From: Spirochaetota bacterium | GTDB lineage: Bacteria > Spirochaetota > UBA4802 > UBA5550 | Direction of reading: 5' to 3' | NCBI GenBank assembly: GCA_050298055.1 | Contig: JBNKTL010000025.1 | Span: 11,538-75,537, forward strand | DNA: 64,000 nucleotides | Part shown: positions 49,024-57,119 of the stretch, in pieces | How the letters are laid out: every line of letters begins with the position of its first letter | Numbering within the stretch: position 1 is the stretch's first letter | Translations under genes and position numbers: made by a program | Notes under the pieces: generated by a model | Seen by the model: only the letters and a program-made list of their open reading frames with translations | What the model was told of the DNA's origin: nothing | Database searches by the model: none

Positions 49024-50007
49024 TTACAGCAGTCTCTTCATCCTCTTGATCTGCCTTCCCTCGAAGATCCCCTCATCCAGAAAGTAATTCCTGATATCCC
49101 TGGGGATGAACTTGAAGAGATTTTCCGTGATGACGAATGTTCCCGGTTTTGCGAATTTCTGGCCCAAGTGAAATACGGAGTTAACGGAATCGGAGACCAC
49201 TTCTCCCGTATTCCCCCTTTCCTTGTACTCGATATTGCCGATGTGAAGGGCGGTCCTGAATGAAAGAGAATCGTCATAGCTGAACTCTTCCGCCATGATG
49301 ATCCTGATATCCATATAGAATTTGAATATTGAGAGCAGGGGATGACATTTCGTTCCGTCAAAGGGGAAAAGGAGAAGACCGCCAAAATCCATCCAGATCC
49401 AGACCCTTCCGTTGATCTGTGAGAACTTTCGCGCAACCAGGTCCCGGAATTCTGAAACAAATTTTCCGGTGTTAATATCACCATATTTCCCCTTGATCTC
49501 CCCCTGGTTATCAAGCTCGATAAACATGAGGCAGAAGCTGTATTCCCGCTCCGGTTTGATCTCTTTCCAGTCGGTCCCCGATGAGATGAAGTTCTCGAAT
49601 ACGGTTTCATCCTCCGGGGTCCCCGCCTCTTCGCCGTGGATTGTCTTTATATAATCAAGTACAGCTTTTATTCTCTTTAAAGAAATTTTACTCTTTAGCT
49701 GCTCTTTGCCTATATAGTCTGCGGCCCCGGAGTGAAAGATATCCGCCACATCTTTAACGATCCCCTTTGGGTCGATGATCCCGAAATAGACATTTTCAAG
49801 TTTTGAGAGAAGAGAGATGTTTTTTTTCAGTTCGGGATGCGTGAGTTTTCCCGCATCGAGGTAGACCAGGGATTCCTTATCGATCTCCCTGATCTTTTTT
49901 TTCATGCAGGCGGGAGGTTCAACGGTAACGCTGTTTCCCTTTGATTTCCCGATGGCGGAAAAGAGATCTTCAATTTTACTGTTATCGGTAAAGATGAAAA
50001 GCTGCAT
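49024..50007 (-). CDS. Receiver-like domain + class III nucleotidyl cyclase-fold domain lacking the metal-binding Asp pair
   Basis: LVYLD and GAADYIGK receiver features; FIELDN, WMDFGG, FRTALHIG, SDSVNSVFHL. Confidence 0.75.
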   Translation of the reverse strand: MQLFIFTDNSKIEDLFSAIGKSKGNSVTVEPPACMKKKIREIDKESLVYLDAGKLTHPELKKNISLLSKLENVYFGIIDPKGIVKDVADIFHSGAADYIGKEQLKSKISLKRIKAVLDYIKTIHGEEAGTPEDETVFENFISSGTDWKEIKPEREYSFCLMFIELDNQGEIKGKYGDINTGKFVSEFRDLVARKFSQINGRVWIWMDFGGLLLFPFDGTKCHPLLSIFKFYMDIRIIMAEEFSYDDSLSFRTALHIGNIEYKERGNTGEVVSDSVNSVFHLGQKFAKPGTFVITENLFKFIPRDIRNYFLDEGIFEGRQIKRMKRLL

Positions 50008-50931
50008 CTACTTCTCCCATTCAAGTTTGTACCTGTAGTATTTTTTCCGGGGGCCAATGTCAATGGGCGTCATGCTGTCAGCCAGAATGGGATCGAGGTT
50101 GATCCACGCGGTATCGCTGATTGTCACGGTGTTGGGCTCCGTGTACTTCGATTCTATTTCAATGATATTTTTAATGGTTTCACTGTCCTTTATAATTTCT
50201 TCACTTTCGGTATATTCACAGGCGCCGGTATGTACGGCGACCCTTAGTTCCACATGTTGTTTGAGTTTACATTCCAGGCAGTTGTAGAGAAAGACCCTGT
50301 TAATGATCTCCATGGCGGAAAGCATTGCCTTCTGGTTGCGGTTTGAAAAATGAAAGGCAACAAGTCCCCCGTCTCCCTCCCAGCTCCAGATTCTTCCATG
50401 CCTTTTAATCACAGTCTCTTTGACTATTTCATGGAGGTCGGAATATGTTGATTTTATTGTATTGTACGGATATTTTTTTACCAGCTTTGTGTTTCCCACA
50501 ATGTCCAGTCTCAGGAAAGTGAAGATATAGTCTTCACCCTCCAGTAAAACACCCCAGTTCCTGGTTATTCTGAGGCTGGGGTCTTCCACGAACATCCTGT
50601 TTTTTTTGTCATAGAGATATCCGTAATCCTGGATCTCCCTTATCAGGTTCCCGATATTGTTGACAGGGTATTTCCTCCCCGTAAGGCCGTTATAATGAAC
50701 ATCTACAAGGAGTGACACAAATTGTGTAAAGAGGTTGTTGGCCTTAATATCACTGACAATCTGCCGGGCCGCCTCTGTTTTCTGAATGGGGATGTTCTCG
50801 GGGATCCCGGTCCTTTTATGAAAATCATATCCCTGAATTAAATGGTTGATGATGACCTTCATAATCTGAATGCTGAACGACTCTATGAGAGTTTTCGTGA
50901 GGAGAGAATATGTGCTTGTTTTGATCTTCAT
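50008..50931 (-). CDS. Class III adenylate/guanylate cyclase-domain protein with an uncharacterised N-terminal domain
   Basis: LDIVGNT, WEGDG, LRVAVHTG, EPNTVTISD. Confidence 0.82.
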   Translation of the reverse strand: MKIKTSTYSLLTKTLIESFSIQIMKVIINHLIQGYDFHKRTGIPENIPIQKTEAARQIVSDIKANNLFTQFVSLLVDVHYNGLTGRKYPVNNIGNLIREIQDYGYLYDKKNRMFVEDPSLRITRNWGVLLEGEDYIFTFLRLDIVGNTKLVKKYPYNTIKSTYSDLHEIVKETVIKRHGRIWSWEGDGGLVAFHFSNRNQKAMLSAMEIINRVFLYNCLECKLKQHVELRVAVHTGACEYTESEEIIKDSETIKNIIEIESKYTEPNTVTISDTAWINLDPILADSMTPIDIGPRKKYYRYKLEWEK

Positions 50932-51108
50932 TGGCGTTTATCATGAAATATAAAGGCCAGTTTTGTCAAATAATTATTGTAATCGTGTCTATATGAAACA
51001 TTTACTCCCCTTTTCACATTAACTGTCAAGAAAGCCTCTTTTATGAACGATAAGTAATAAAAGGGACCTCAATAAAGAAGAATGCTCATGAATGACCAGG
51101 GGATAACT

Positions 51109-51606
51109 ATGAAAGTTCAAAAGGTTTTTACCGGATTTATCACTCTTCTTATTTTTACCGGTTTTACCGTTGTTACCGGCTGTTCAAAGAAAATTGTACG
51201 GACGGGGAGCGGAAAGACCGTGGACGCTGCGGGAAATACCGTTACTTCACCGGAAGAGATACTGAAGTATACCGGAACATACAGGGTTGAACTTCCGGGA
51301 TACAAAGGGATCTTAACACTGAGATATAACAGGGAGTCGGGAAAGTCCACGGGAGAGATACTCTTTCCCGGCTGGGGAACGGGGAAACCGCAGCCTCTGA
51401 AAAAACTGAGCATTAAGGATGACAGGATATACTTCGAAAGGTCCGTGGAAACAGCGGCAGAACTCAGGGAGTACGGGGGGTCCCGGTATTTCAGGCAGAA
51501 GTATTACGGAAAGTTTTCCCGTGACAGGTCCGAGGTCAAGGGAGAGTTTACGGATTCAGGCGCCGTTTATAACTGGAGGGCCGGGAGACAGGGGTCCCGG
51601 GATTGA
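51109..51606 (+). CDS. Putative lipoprotein
   Basis: Hydrophobic leader ending VTGC; beta-rich mature domain; ORF track start 51082. Confidence 0.7.
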   Translation: MKVQKVFTGFITLLIFTGFTVVTGCSKKIVRTGSGKTVDAAGNTVTSPEEILKYTGTYRVELPGYKGILTLRYNRESGKSTGEILFPGWGTGKPQPLKKLSIKDDRIYFERSVETAAELREYGGSRYFRQKYYGKFSRDRSEVKGEFTDSGAVYNWRAGRQGSRD

Positions 51607-52817
51607 AGAGGATCGCGGTTATCGGGGGAGGGGCCTCGGGTCTTATGGCCGCGTGTCACGCGGCGGGAGAGGGGAGAAGCGTTGTTCTCTTTGAAAAACA
51701 GAAAAAACCGGGGCGGAAGATCCTGGCCACAGGGAACGGCAGGTGCAACATAACAAACAGAAACCTCGATCCCCGGAGGTATCACGGGGGAAACCCGAAA
51801 ATTGTCCACAGTATCTTCTCAAAATTCGGCTACCCTGAAACAGAGGATTTTTTTCTTTCAATAGGGCTTCCCTTTTCCGAGGGAAAAAACGGGAGAATGT
51901 ATCCCTCGTCGTTCCAGGCGTCATCGGTTGTAAACCTTCTGCTTTACAGGCTCAAGAGAGCGGGTGTTGCCGTGAGTCTCCATAGAATGATCAGGGAGAT
52001 TATACCGGGGAATGACGGGTTCAGGCTCATCACCCCGGGCCGGGAAGAACACCATTTCGATTCGGTGATACTTGCATCGGGAGGATGTTCCTATCCCCAG
52101 CTGGGAGGGAACAGGAGCGGCTACGATATGGCGGAGAAACTGGGTCACACACTTGCGGACCCTTTTCCCGCTATCCTTCCCATTAATATTCCCCTTAAAT
52201 CGGTCCACAGGCTCCAGGGAGTAAAATGGGAGTGCGGGGTGGAGCTTCTTGAAAAGGGAAAGAGCGTTGTCTCCTCAACAGATGAGCTCCTCTTCACAGG
52301 TTTCGGACTGTCGGGGATTGCGGCACTGGATATCTCCCGACAGGTGAACATGCTGGTTCTTGAGGGAAAAGACCCGGAAATCAGTATCGATTTTTTCCCC
52401 GGATTGAATGAACAGGAACTTGACGTTCTCATGGAAAGGCTCTGGGAGGATGAGAATAAAAAGCTGGCATTCAGTCTTTCCGGTATCCTGAAAGAGAGAA
52501 TCCCGGAGCTTGTCCTGGAGACCGCGGGTTTTGATCCCTTCGGAAAGACCGGTTCTTTGAAAGGAGCGGAGAAGAAACGGATCGTACATCTCTTCAAGAA
52601 CTTCAGGCTGAAACCGGGGAAGCCCCGTTCATTTAATGAGGCGGTTGTGGCCGCAGGGGGCGTGAATGTTGACGAGATCGATCCCTGGACCATGGAATCG
52701 CGGCTTGTAAAGAACCTCTTTTTAACGGGAGAATTACTTGACATTGACGGGGAGAGCGGAGGATATAATCTTCAGTTCGCATGGAGCACCGGTGCCATTG
52801 CGGGAATGTCACAGTAG
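51603..52817 (+). CDS. HI0933/BaiN family flavoprotein
   Basis: IGGGASG, KILATGNGRCNITN, GG.SYP, LFT..G.SG, GELLDIDG..GGYNLQ.A. Confidence 0.93.
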   Translation: MKRIAVIGGGASGLMAACHAAGEGRSVVLFEKQKKPGRKILATGNGRCNITNRNLDPRRYHGGNPKIVHSIFSKFGYPETEDFFLSIGLPFSEGKNGRMYPSSFQASSVVNLLLYRLKRAGVAVSLHRMIREIIPGNDGFRLITPGREEHHFDSVILASGGCSYPQLGGNRSGYDMAEKLGHTLADPFPAILPINIPLKSVHRLQGVKWECGVELLEKGKSVVSSTDELLFTGFGLSGIAALDISRQVNMLVLEGKDPEISIDFFPGLNEQELDVLMERLWEDENKKLAFSLSGILKERIPELVLETAGFDPFGKTGSLKGAEKKRIVHLFKNFRLKPGKPRSFNEAVVAAGGVNVDEIDPWTMESRLVKNLFLTGELLDIDGESGGYNLQFAWSTGAIAGMSQ

Positions 52818-52834
52818 AGATTTACACTTATTCA

Positions 52835-53197
52835 ATGAACAGTATAATAAAAGACCACTTTCTCAATCCCCGGAACATGGGTGTCCTTGAGGACCCGACC
52901 CACCGGGGCATAGCCAGGAGCGATTCCTGCAATGATATTGTAAAGCTTACCGCGGATATTGAGGACGGGATTATACGGGAGATAAAGTCCGAGGTCTTTG
53001 GGTGCGGATACTCCATTGCCGGCACATCCATTACCACGGAAAAATCCAGGGGGAGAAAAGTTGAGACACTGGTTGAAGAAGTGGGGTCAGAGCTTGATGA
53101 ACTCCTTGCGGGTATTCCGGAGAAACACCATACATGCATGAGGCTCTGTCTCAGGGCAGTGAAGGCCCTGGTCGGTCCTGATAAAAGGGAGGAATAA
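52835..53197 (+). CDS. IscU/NifU-type Fe-S scaffold / sulfur-transfer protein
   Basis: DHFLNPRNMG, SCND, FGCG, K..C; start moved to ATG 52835. Confidence 0.88.
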   Translation: MNSIIKDHFLNPRNMGVLEDPTHRGIARSDSCNDIVKLTADIEDGIIREIKSEVFGCGYSIAGTSITTEKSRGRKVETLVEEVGSELDELLAGIPEKHHTCMRLCLRAVKALVGPDKREE

Positions 53198-53198
53198 A

Positions 53199-53984
53199 AT
53201 GCTCCCCGGAATTGTTCAGGTAAAGGCATGGGAATATTCAAAGGGTGAGTTCCGGGAAACGGTGCAGCCCGTGAGCTCGGAGTATCCCGTTACCCTGAAG
53301 CTTAACGGCAGTCCCTTTGTTTCAATATCCTGTTCCGGCAGTGACATGGAGTACCTGGCAACGGGGCATCTCATATCGGAGGGTGTTGTCAGGAGCAGGG
53401 AAGAGATTGACAGGATTGAGATAGACTCTGACCGGCTTGAGGTCAATATCTTACTGAAAATGACAGATGAGGTTGTGGAGAGGCTTTTCCGGATAAGGTC
53501 CATTGCCTCGGGCTGCGGCCAGGGAGGAGTTTCAATTGCAGGGAGAGACCATGAGACGGGGAGGAGCGGGAAGGAAATTGAGATAGACGCGGAAGGAGTC
53601 ATCTCCTGCATGAAAAACTTTCTGATTCACTCGGAACACCACAAGCTGACCAGGGGAGTGCACAGCGCCGCCCTTTATGACCTCGCCTGGAAACAGATCG
53701 TTTTCTTCGATGAGATCGGGCGACACAATGCCATTGATAAGATTATCGGTTATGCGTCAAGTTCCGGAATAGAGCTGGGTGATAAAGGGATACTCTCCAC
53801 CGGCAGGCTCTCAAGCGAGATCGTCTCCAAGGCCATAAATGCGTCCGTTCCCCTCCTAATCTCCAAGGCGTCACCCACAGGCTACAGTATCGAACTTGCC
53901 CGAAGGTATAAGATCATCATGATCGGAAAGGTCAGGGGAAGCGGTTTTTCTGTTTTCAGCGGCAGGGAGAGGGTGAGGGCCTGA
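53199..53984 (+). CDS. fdhD: Formate dehydrogenase accessory sulfurtransferase
   Basis: SGCG, T.GVHSAA, EIGRHNAIDK.IG, STGRLS.E, PT. Confidence 0.92.
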   Translation: MLPGIVQVKAWEYSKGEFRETVQPVSSEYPVTLKLNGSPFVSISCSGSDMEYLATGHLISEGVVRSREEIDRIEIDSDRLEVNILLKMTDEVVERLFRIRSIASGCGQGGVSIAGRDHETGRSGKEIEIDAEGVISCMKNFLIHSEHHKLTRGVHSAALYDLAWKQIVFFDEIGRHNAIDKIIGYASSSGIELGDKGILSTGRLSSEIVSKAINASVPLLISKASPTGYSIELARRYKIIMIGKVRGSGFSVFSGRERVRA

Positions 53985-53986
53985 GA

Positions 53987-54250
53987 TCAGAAAAGGGTCA
54001 TGAACCCATCAAGCCCCGAGACCAGGCTGCAGATTTTGTTCAGGATATCGTTTGATGGAAACTCCGCGGTTATGGTGTATGAGATAAAATTACCGTTACT
54101 GCTGGCCTTGTTACTGACGGTGGAACCTGCGGCTCCCTGTTCCATCAGGATAGTCCTGATAGAATCACCCGTGTGAGCATTATTTCTGAAAATAGCCTTG
54201 AAGGTCAACTCTGAGGGGAATTCGATCTCTTTTTGCTGATTTATATTCAT
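53987..54250 (-). CDS. DUF493/YbeD family protein
   Basis: IEFP....FK.I...SSNGNFISYT. Confidence 0.8.
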   Translation of the reverse strand: MNINQQKEIEFPSELTFKAIFRNNAHTGDSIRTILMEQGAAGSTVSNKASSNGNFISYTITAEFPSNDILNKICSLVSGLDGFMTLF

Positions 54251-54467
54251 GCTGATCAGGGTGATTTCCCGGTTTTTTTTGTCAATTGATTAATGGCTGT
54301 GTTGCGCTTCAAACTTGAACTTAGAATGATGATCTGTTCCAGGAAAAGCCTCAATATGATCTGGCTCTTTTGAAACCGGTTCTCATCTCCTTCCAGGAGG
54401 GTGAATTAAGAAAGGATTTTAAACCCGTGGATGAACAATAAAACAAATTTCAAAATATTGATTAAAA

Positions 54468-55166
54468 CTATAAATCCGAATCATGGGTCAAAGCCAGCAG
54501 CCAGTCATGGAGCGGCTTCATCTTTTTATAATGGTCTCTGCAGTAATCCACTATCCGGGGAGTAAAAAATTCCGGGGGGATTTTCGTTTCTCTCCCGGCA
54601 TAAAGCCCGTTATAGAGAAGCATCTCTTTCATTTTATGGCGGGGATCAAAGCCCCGGGGCACTTTTTTATAATATTTTCCTCCCGGATTATAGCCTTCAC
54701 GGGAGATCTTTTTCATGATCGCTGCCAGGGCCGGTCCCTGCTTTTCTGAGACCAGGGCATTTCGGTACTTCACCAGCAGCGGTCCGGGGAACATATAGAT
54801 CCCGGTCCCCAGCATTAAATTTGGCGGTTCCAGATGGAAGTAGTAACCGGAACATTCCATTCTCTTTCCATCTCCTTCCCAGAACCACAATCCCAGGTGT
54901 GTTTTGTAAGGAGATTTGTCCCGGGAAAAACGGACGTCCCTGTAAATACGAAAAATTGACTTATTGATTTGCGGAATGGCCTGAATATTCGGAGAGAACT
55001 TCTCCAGTTCCCTGCCCAGGACAACAACAAAATCCCTGGCCGGTGACAATACATAATTCTCAAAGTCCTCTTTGTGGGAAGCAAACCATTCCCGGGAATT
55101 GTTTTTTTGTAATGAACGGAAAAAAGTCACACATTCTTTGGGAAATCCCGGAAAATCTGTTGGCAT
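54468..55166 (-). CDS. DUF2461 (TIGR02453) family protein
   Basis: L..NN.REWF, IFRIYRDVRFS.DKSPYK, K.VPRGF. Confidence 0.92.
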   Translation of the reverse strand: MPTDFPGFPKECVTFFRSLQKNNSREWFASHKEDFENYVLSPARDFVVVLGRELEKFSPNIQAIPQINKSIFRIYRDVRFSRDKSPYKTHLGLWFWEGDGKRMECSGYYFHLEPPNLMLGTGIYMFPGPLLVKYRNALVSEKQGPALAAIMKKISREGYNPGGKYYKKVPRGFDPRHKMKEMLLYNGLYAGRETKIPPEFFTPRIVDYCRDHYKKMKPLHDWLLALTHDSDL

Positions 55167-55279
55167 ATATCTCTCCTTTCAATTGATTCAATCCAAAGCA
55201 CTGTTTTATCGGAATGTCAATAAATTTTAACATTTTTAAATTAAAATAGTCATTGACTGCAATATCTCTATTACCAATT

Positions 55280-55395
55280 CCTCGGCCTGCCCAAAATACA
55301 AGCCGCCGCCCAAATATATCGACCATCCGAATAAGTACTGCCCCCCCGGTTATGTCTGGGTCGACTCGCCTCAGGTTTTCGGGCAGGGACAGGGG
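55280..55395 (-). ncRNA. Candidate structured non-coding RNA or DNA hairpin (unassigned)
   Basis: GC-rich island in AT-rich intergenic DNA with nested complementarity (CCTGCCCGAAAA/TTTTGGGCAGG; TCGACC/GGTCGA). Confidence 0.3.
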
Positions 55396-55491
55396 CGTTG
55401 CCGGAAGAAATAAACCATAAAAAAACAATTGATTTTGAACCGGGCAAAAGTGAGAATTGTCCGCTCAGAGTAACGATGAGAGGATATTCCC

Positions 55492-55785
55492 GTGAAAATT
55501 GATAAAGATGTTATAACCAGGGTCTCGAAACTTGCCCGGCTTGAACTCACCGAAGATGAGAAAACGGAGTTTTCCCGGCAGCTTACCGATATTATCAGCT
55601 ATGTTGAAAAGATCAACGAGCTCAATACCGAAAATGTTGAGCCCGCGGACCATATCGCGGACCTCACCAATGTTTTCAGGGAAGACAGTGTGGGGAAATC
55701 CATGGATACCGAAAGGATAGAGGAGATGACCCCTGAATTTGATAAGGGCTTTATTGTTGTACCGAAAATCATAGAAGGCAACTGA
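55492..55785 (+). CDS. gatC: Asp/Glu-tRNA amidotransferase subunit C
   Basis: LARL.L...E.......L..I..YV.KI.ELNT..VEP, NVFRED, VPKI. Confidence 0.95.
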   Translation: MKIDKDVITRVSKLARLELTEDEKTEFSRQLTDIISYVEKINELNTENVEPADHIADLTNVFREDSVGKSMDTERIEEMTPEFDKGFIVVPKIIEGN

Positions 55786-56354
55786 TGAGGAGGCTCTTTA
55801 TTGCGCTTCCCTTCGAGAGTGCGGTAAAAGAGTCTCTGCACCCGGTTTATGAGAACCTCGTCAGGTACAGGTCTCTTCTCAAGGTGGTCCCCACGGATAA
55901 CTATCACATCACGCTGAAATTTCTCGGGAACATTGATGAGAAGAGGGCGGATGAGATCATCGGGGATTTTCGTGGGTTTGAAGTTAACCTGCGGGAAATT
56001 CCCGTGGCAATAAAGGGACTGGGAGCCTTTCCCCGGGTAAAAAACGCCCGTGTCCTCTGGATGGGGATTGAAGGGGACAGTGATGCTCTTTCCGGGCTCA
56101 ATGAAAGGATCGGGGAGTTTTGCAGTGGGTCTGGCTTTGAAAAGGACGAAAGAAGCTTCAGTCCCCACCTGACAATAGCCAGGGTGAGAAAAGGGAAAAG
56201 TCCCGGTAGTCAATTAACCGGGTATATCGAAGAAAACAGGAATACCGAATTTAATACTACCATCTTTAACAGGATTGTACTTTATGAATCGCTCTTTAAA
56301 AAAGATGGTCCTCTTTACTCTGAGGTAATCTCCAGAGAGCTATGGGCAGGATAA
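55785..56354 (+). CDS. thpR: RNA 2',3'-cyclic phosphodiesterase (2H phosphoesterase)
   Basis: RLFIAL, HITLKFLG and PHLTIAR (two HxT motifs). Confidence 0.93.
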   Translation: MRRLFIALPFESAVKESLHPVYENLVRYRSLLKVVPTDNYHITLKFLGNIDEKRADEIIGDFRGFEVNLREIPVAIKGLGAFPRVKNARVLWMGIEGDSDALSGLNERIGEFCSGSGFEKDERSFSPHLTIARVRKGKSPGSQLTGYIEENRNTEFNTTIFNRIVLYESLFKKDGPLYSEVISRELWAG

Positions 56355-56360
56355 ATCTCT

Positions 56361-57116
56361 ATGGCAAAACTTATCAATACACCTGAACGTGTCTCAAAAG
56401 ACCATTATCTCTTGAAGATCGAACTCCCGGGGGCCGTTTCCACGCCGGGGCAGTTTATCAATATAAAAACAGACAGCGGGACCGACCCCCTTCTCCGAAG
56501 GCCGTTTTCCGTTTACGACCAAAATGGTGATATAATCAGTATCGTTGTCAGGGTCGTGGGAAGGGGTACGGAGATGATATGCAGCAGGGACAAGGGTGAG
56601 ATTGATGTTATGGGGCCCCGGGGGAGGGGATTTACTCTTACGAAAAATAAGAGAGTGCTCCTTGCCGGGGGAGGTGTGGGAAATGCGCCCCTTCTTTATC
56701 TCTCCAGGGCCCTCAGGGAGAGGGGGAACAGGATCACCTTCGTCTACGGGCACAGGTCGGAAGAGTATATCTATTGTGAGGAAGAGTTTAAAAAGTATGC
56801 CGATGATTTCAGGATCGTCACGGATGACGGTTCCCGGGGGATGAAGGGATTTACAACCGGTGCCGTTGAGGAGGCATTGGGGTCACCCGGTTACGATTTT
56901 ATCTATACCTGCGGCCCGGTCCCCATGATGGAGGGTGTTGCAGCAGCTGCGGAGGGAAGAATTCCCGTTGAGGTCTCACTGGAGAACTACTTCGGCTGCG
57001 GAATAGGTCTCTGTATGGGTTGCACCGTGGAAACCGGTGATGGCTTTAAAAGGGTATGCCTGGACGGGCCGGTCATGGAGAGCGGCTTCATTCATTGGGA
57101 AAGTTTGAAGGAGTGA
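56361..57116 (+). CDS. pyrK: Dihydroorotate dehydrogenase electron transfer subunit
   Basis: PGQF, LRRPFS, GGGVG.AP, CGP, CGIG.C.GC...VC.DGPV. Confidence 0.92.
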   Translation: MAKLINTPERVSKDHYLLKIELPGAVSTPGQFINIKTDSGTDPLLRRPFSVYDQNGDIISIVVRVVGRGTEMICSRDKGEIDVMGPRGRGFTLTKNKRVLLAGGGVGNAPLLYLSRALRERGNRITFVYGHRSEEYIYCEEEFKKYADDFRIVTDDGSRGMKGFTTGAVEEALGSPGYDFIYTCGPVPMMEGVAAAAEGRIPVEVSLENYFGCGIGLCMGCTVETGDGFKRVCLDGPVMESGFIHWESLKE

Positions 57117-57119
57117 TCC

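Noticed and set aside
46015..53984. Selenocysteine recoding in aor, iscU or fdhD
   Set aside because: All are complete with Cys at the expected positions; no in-frame TGA is needed.
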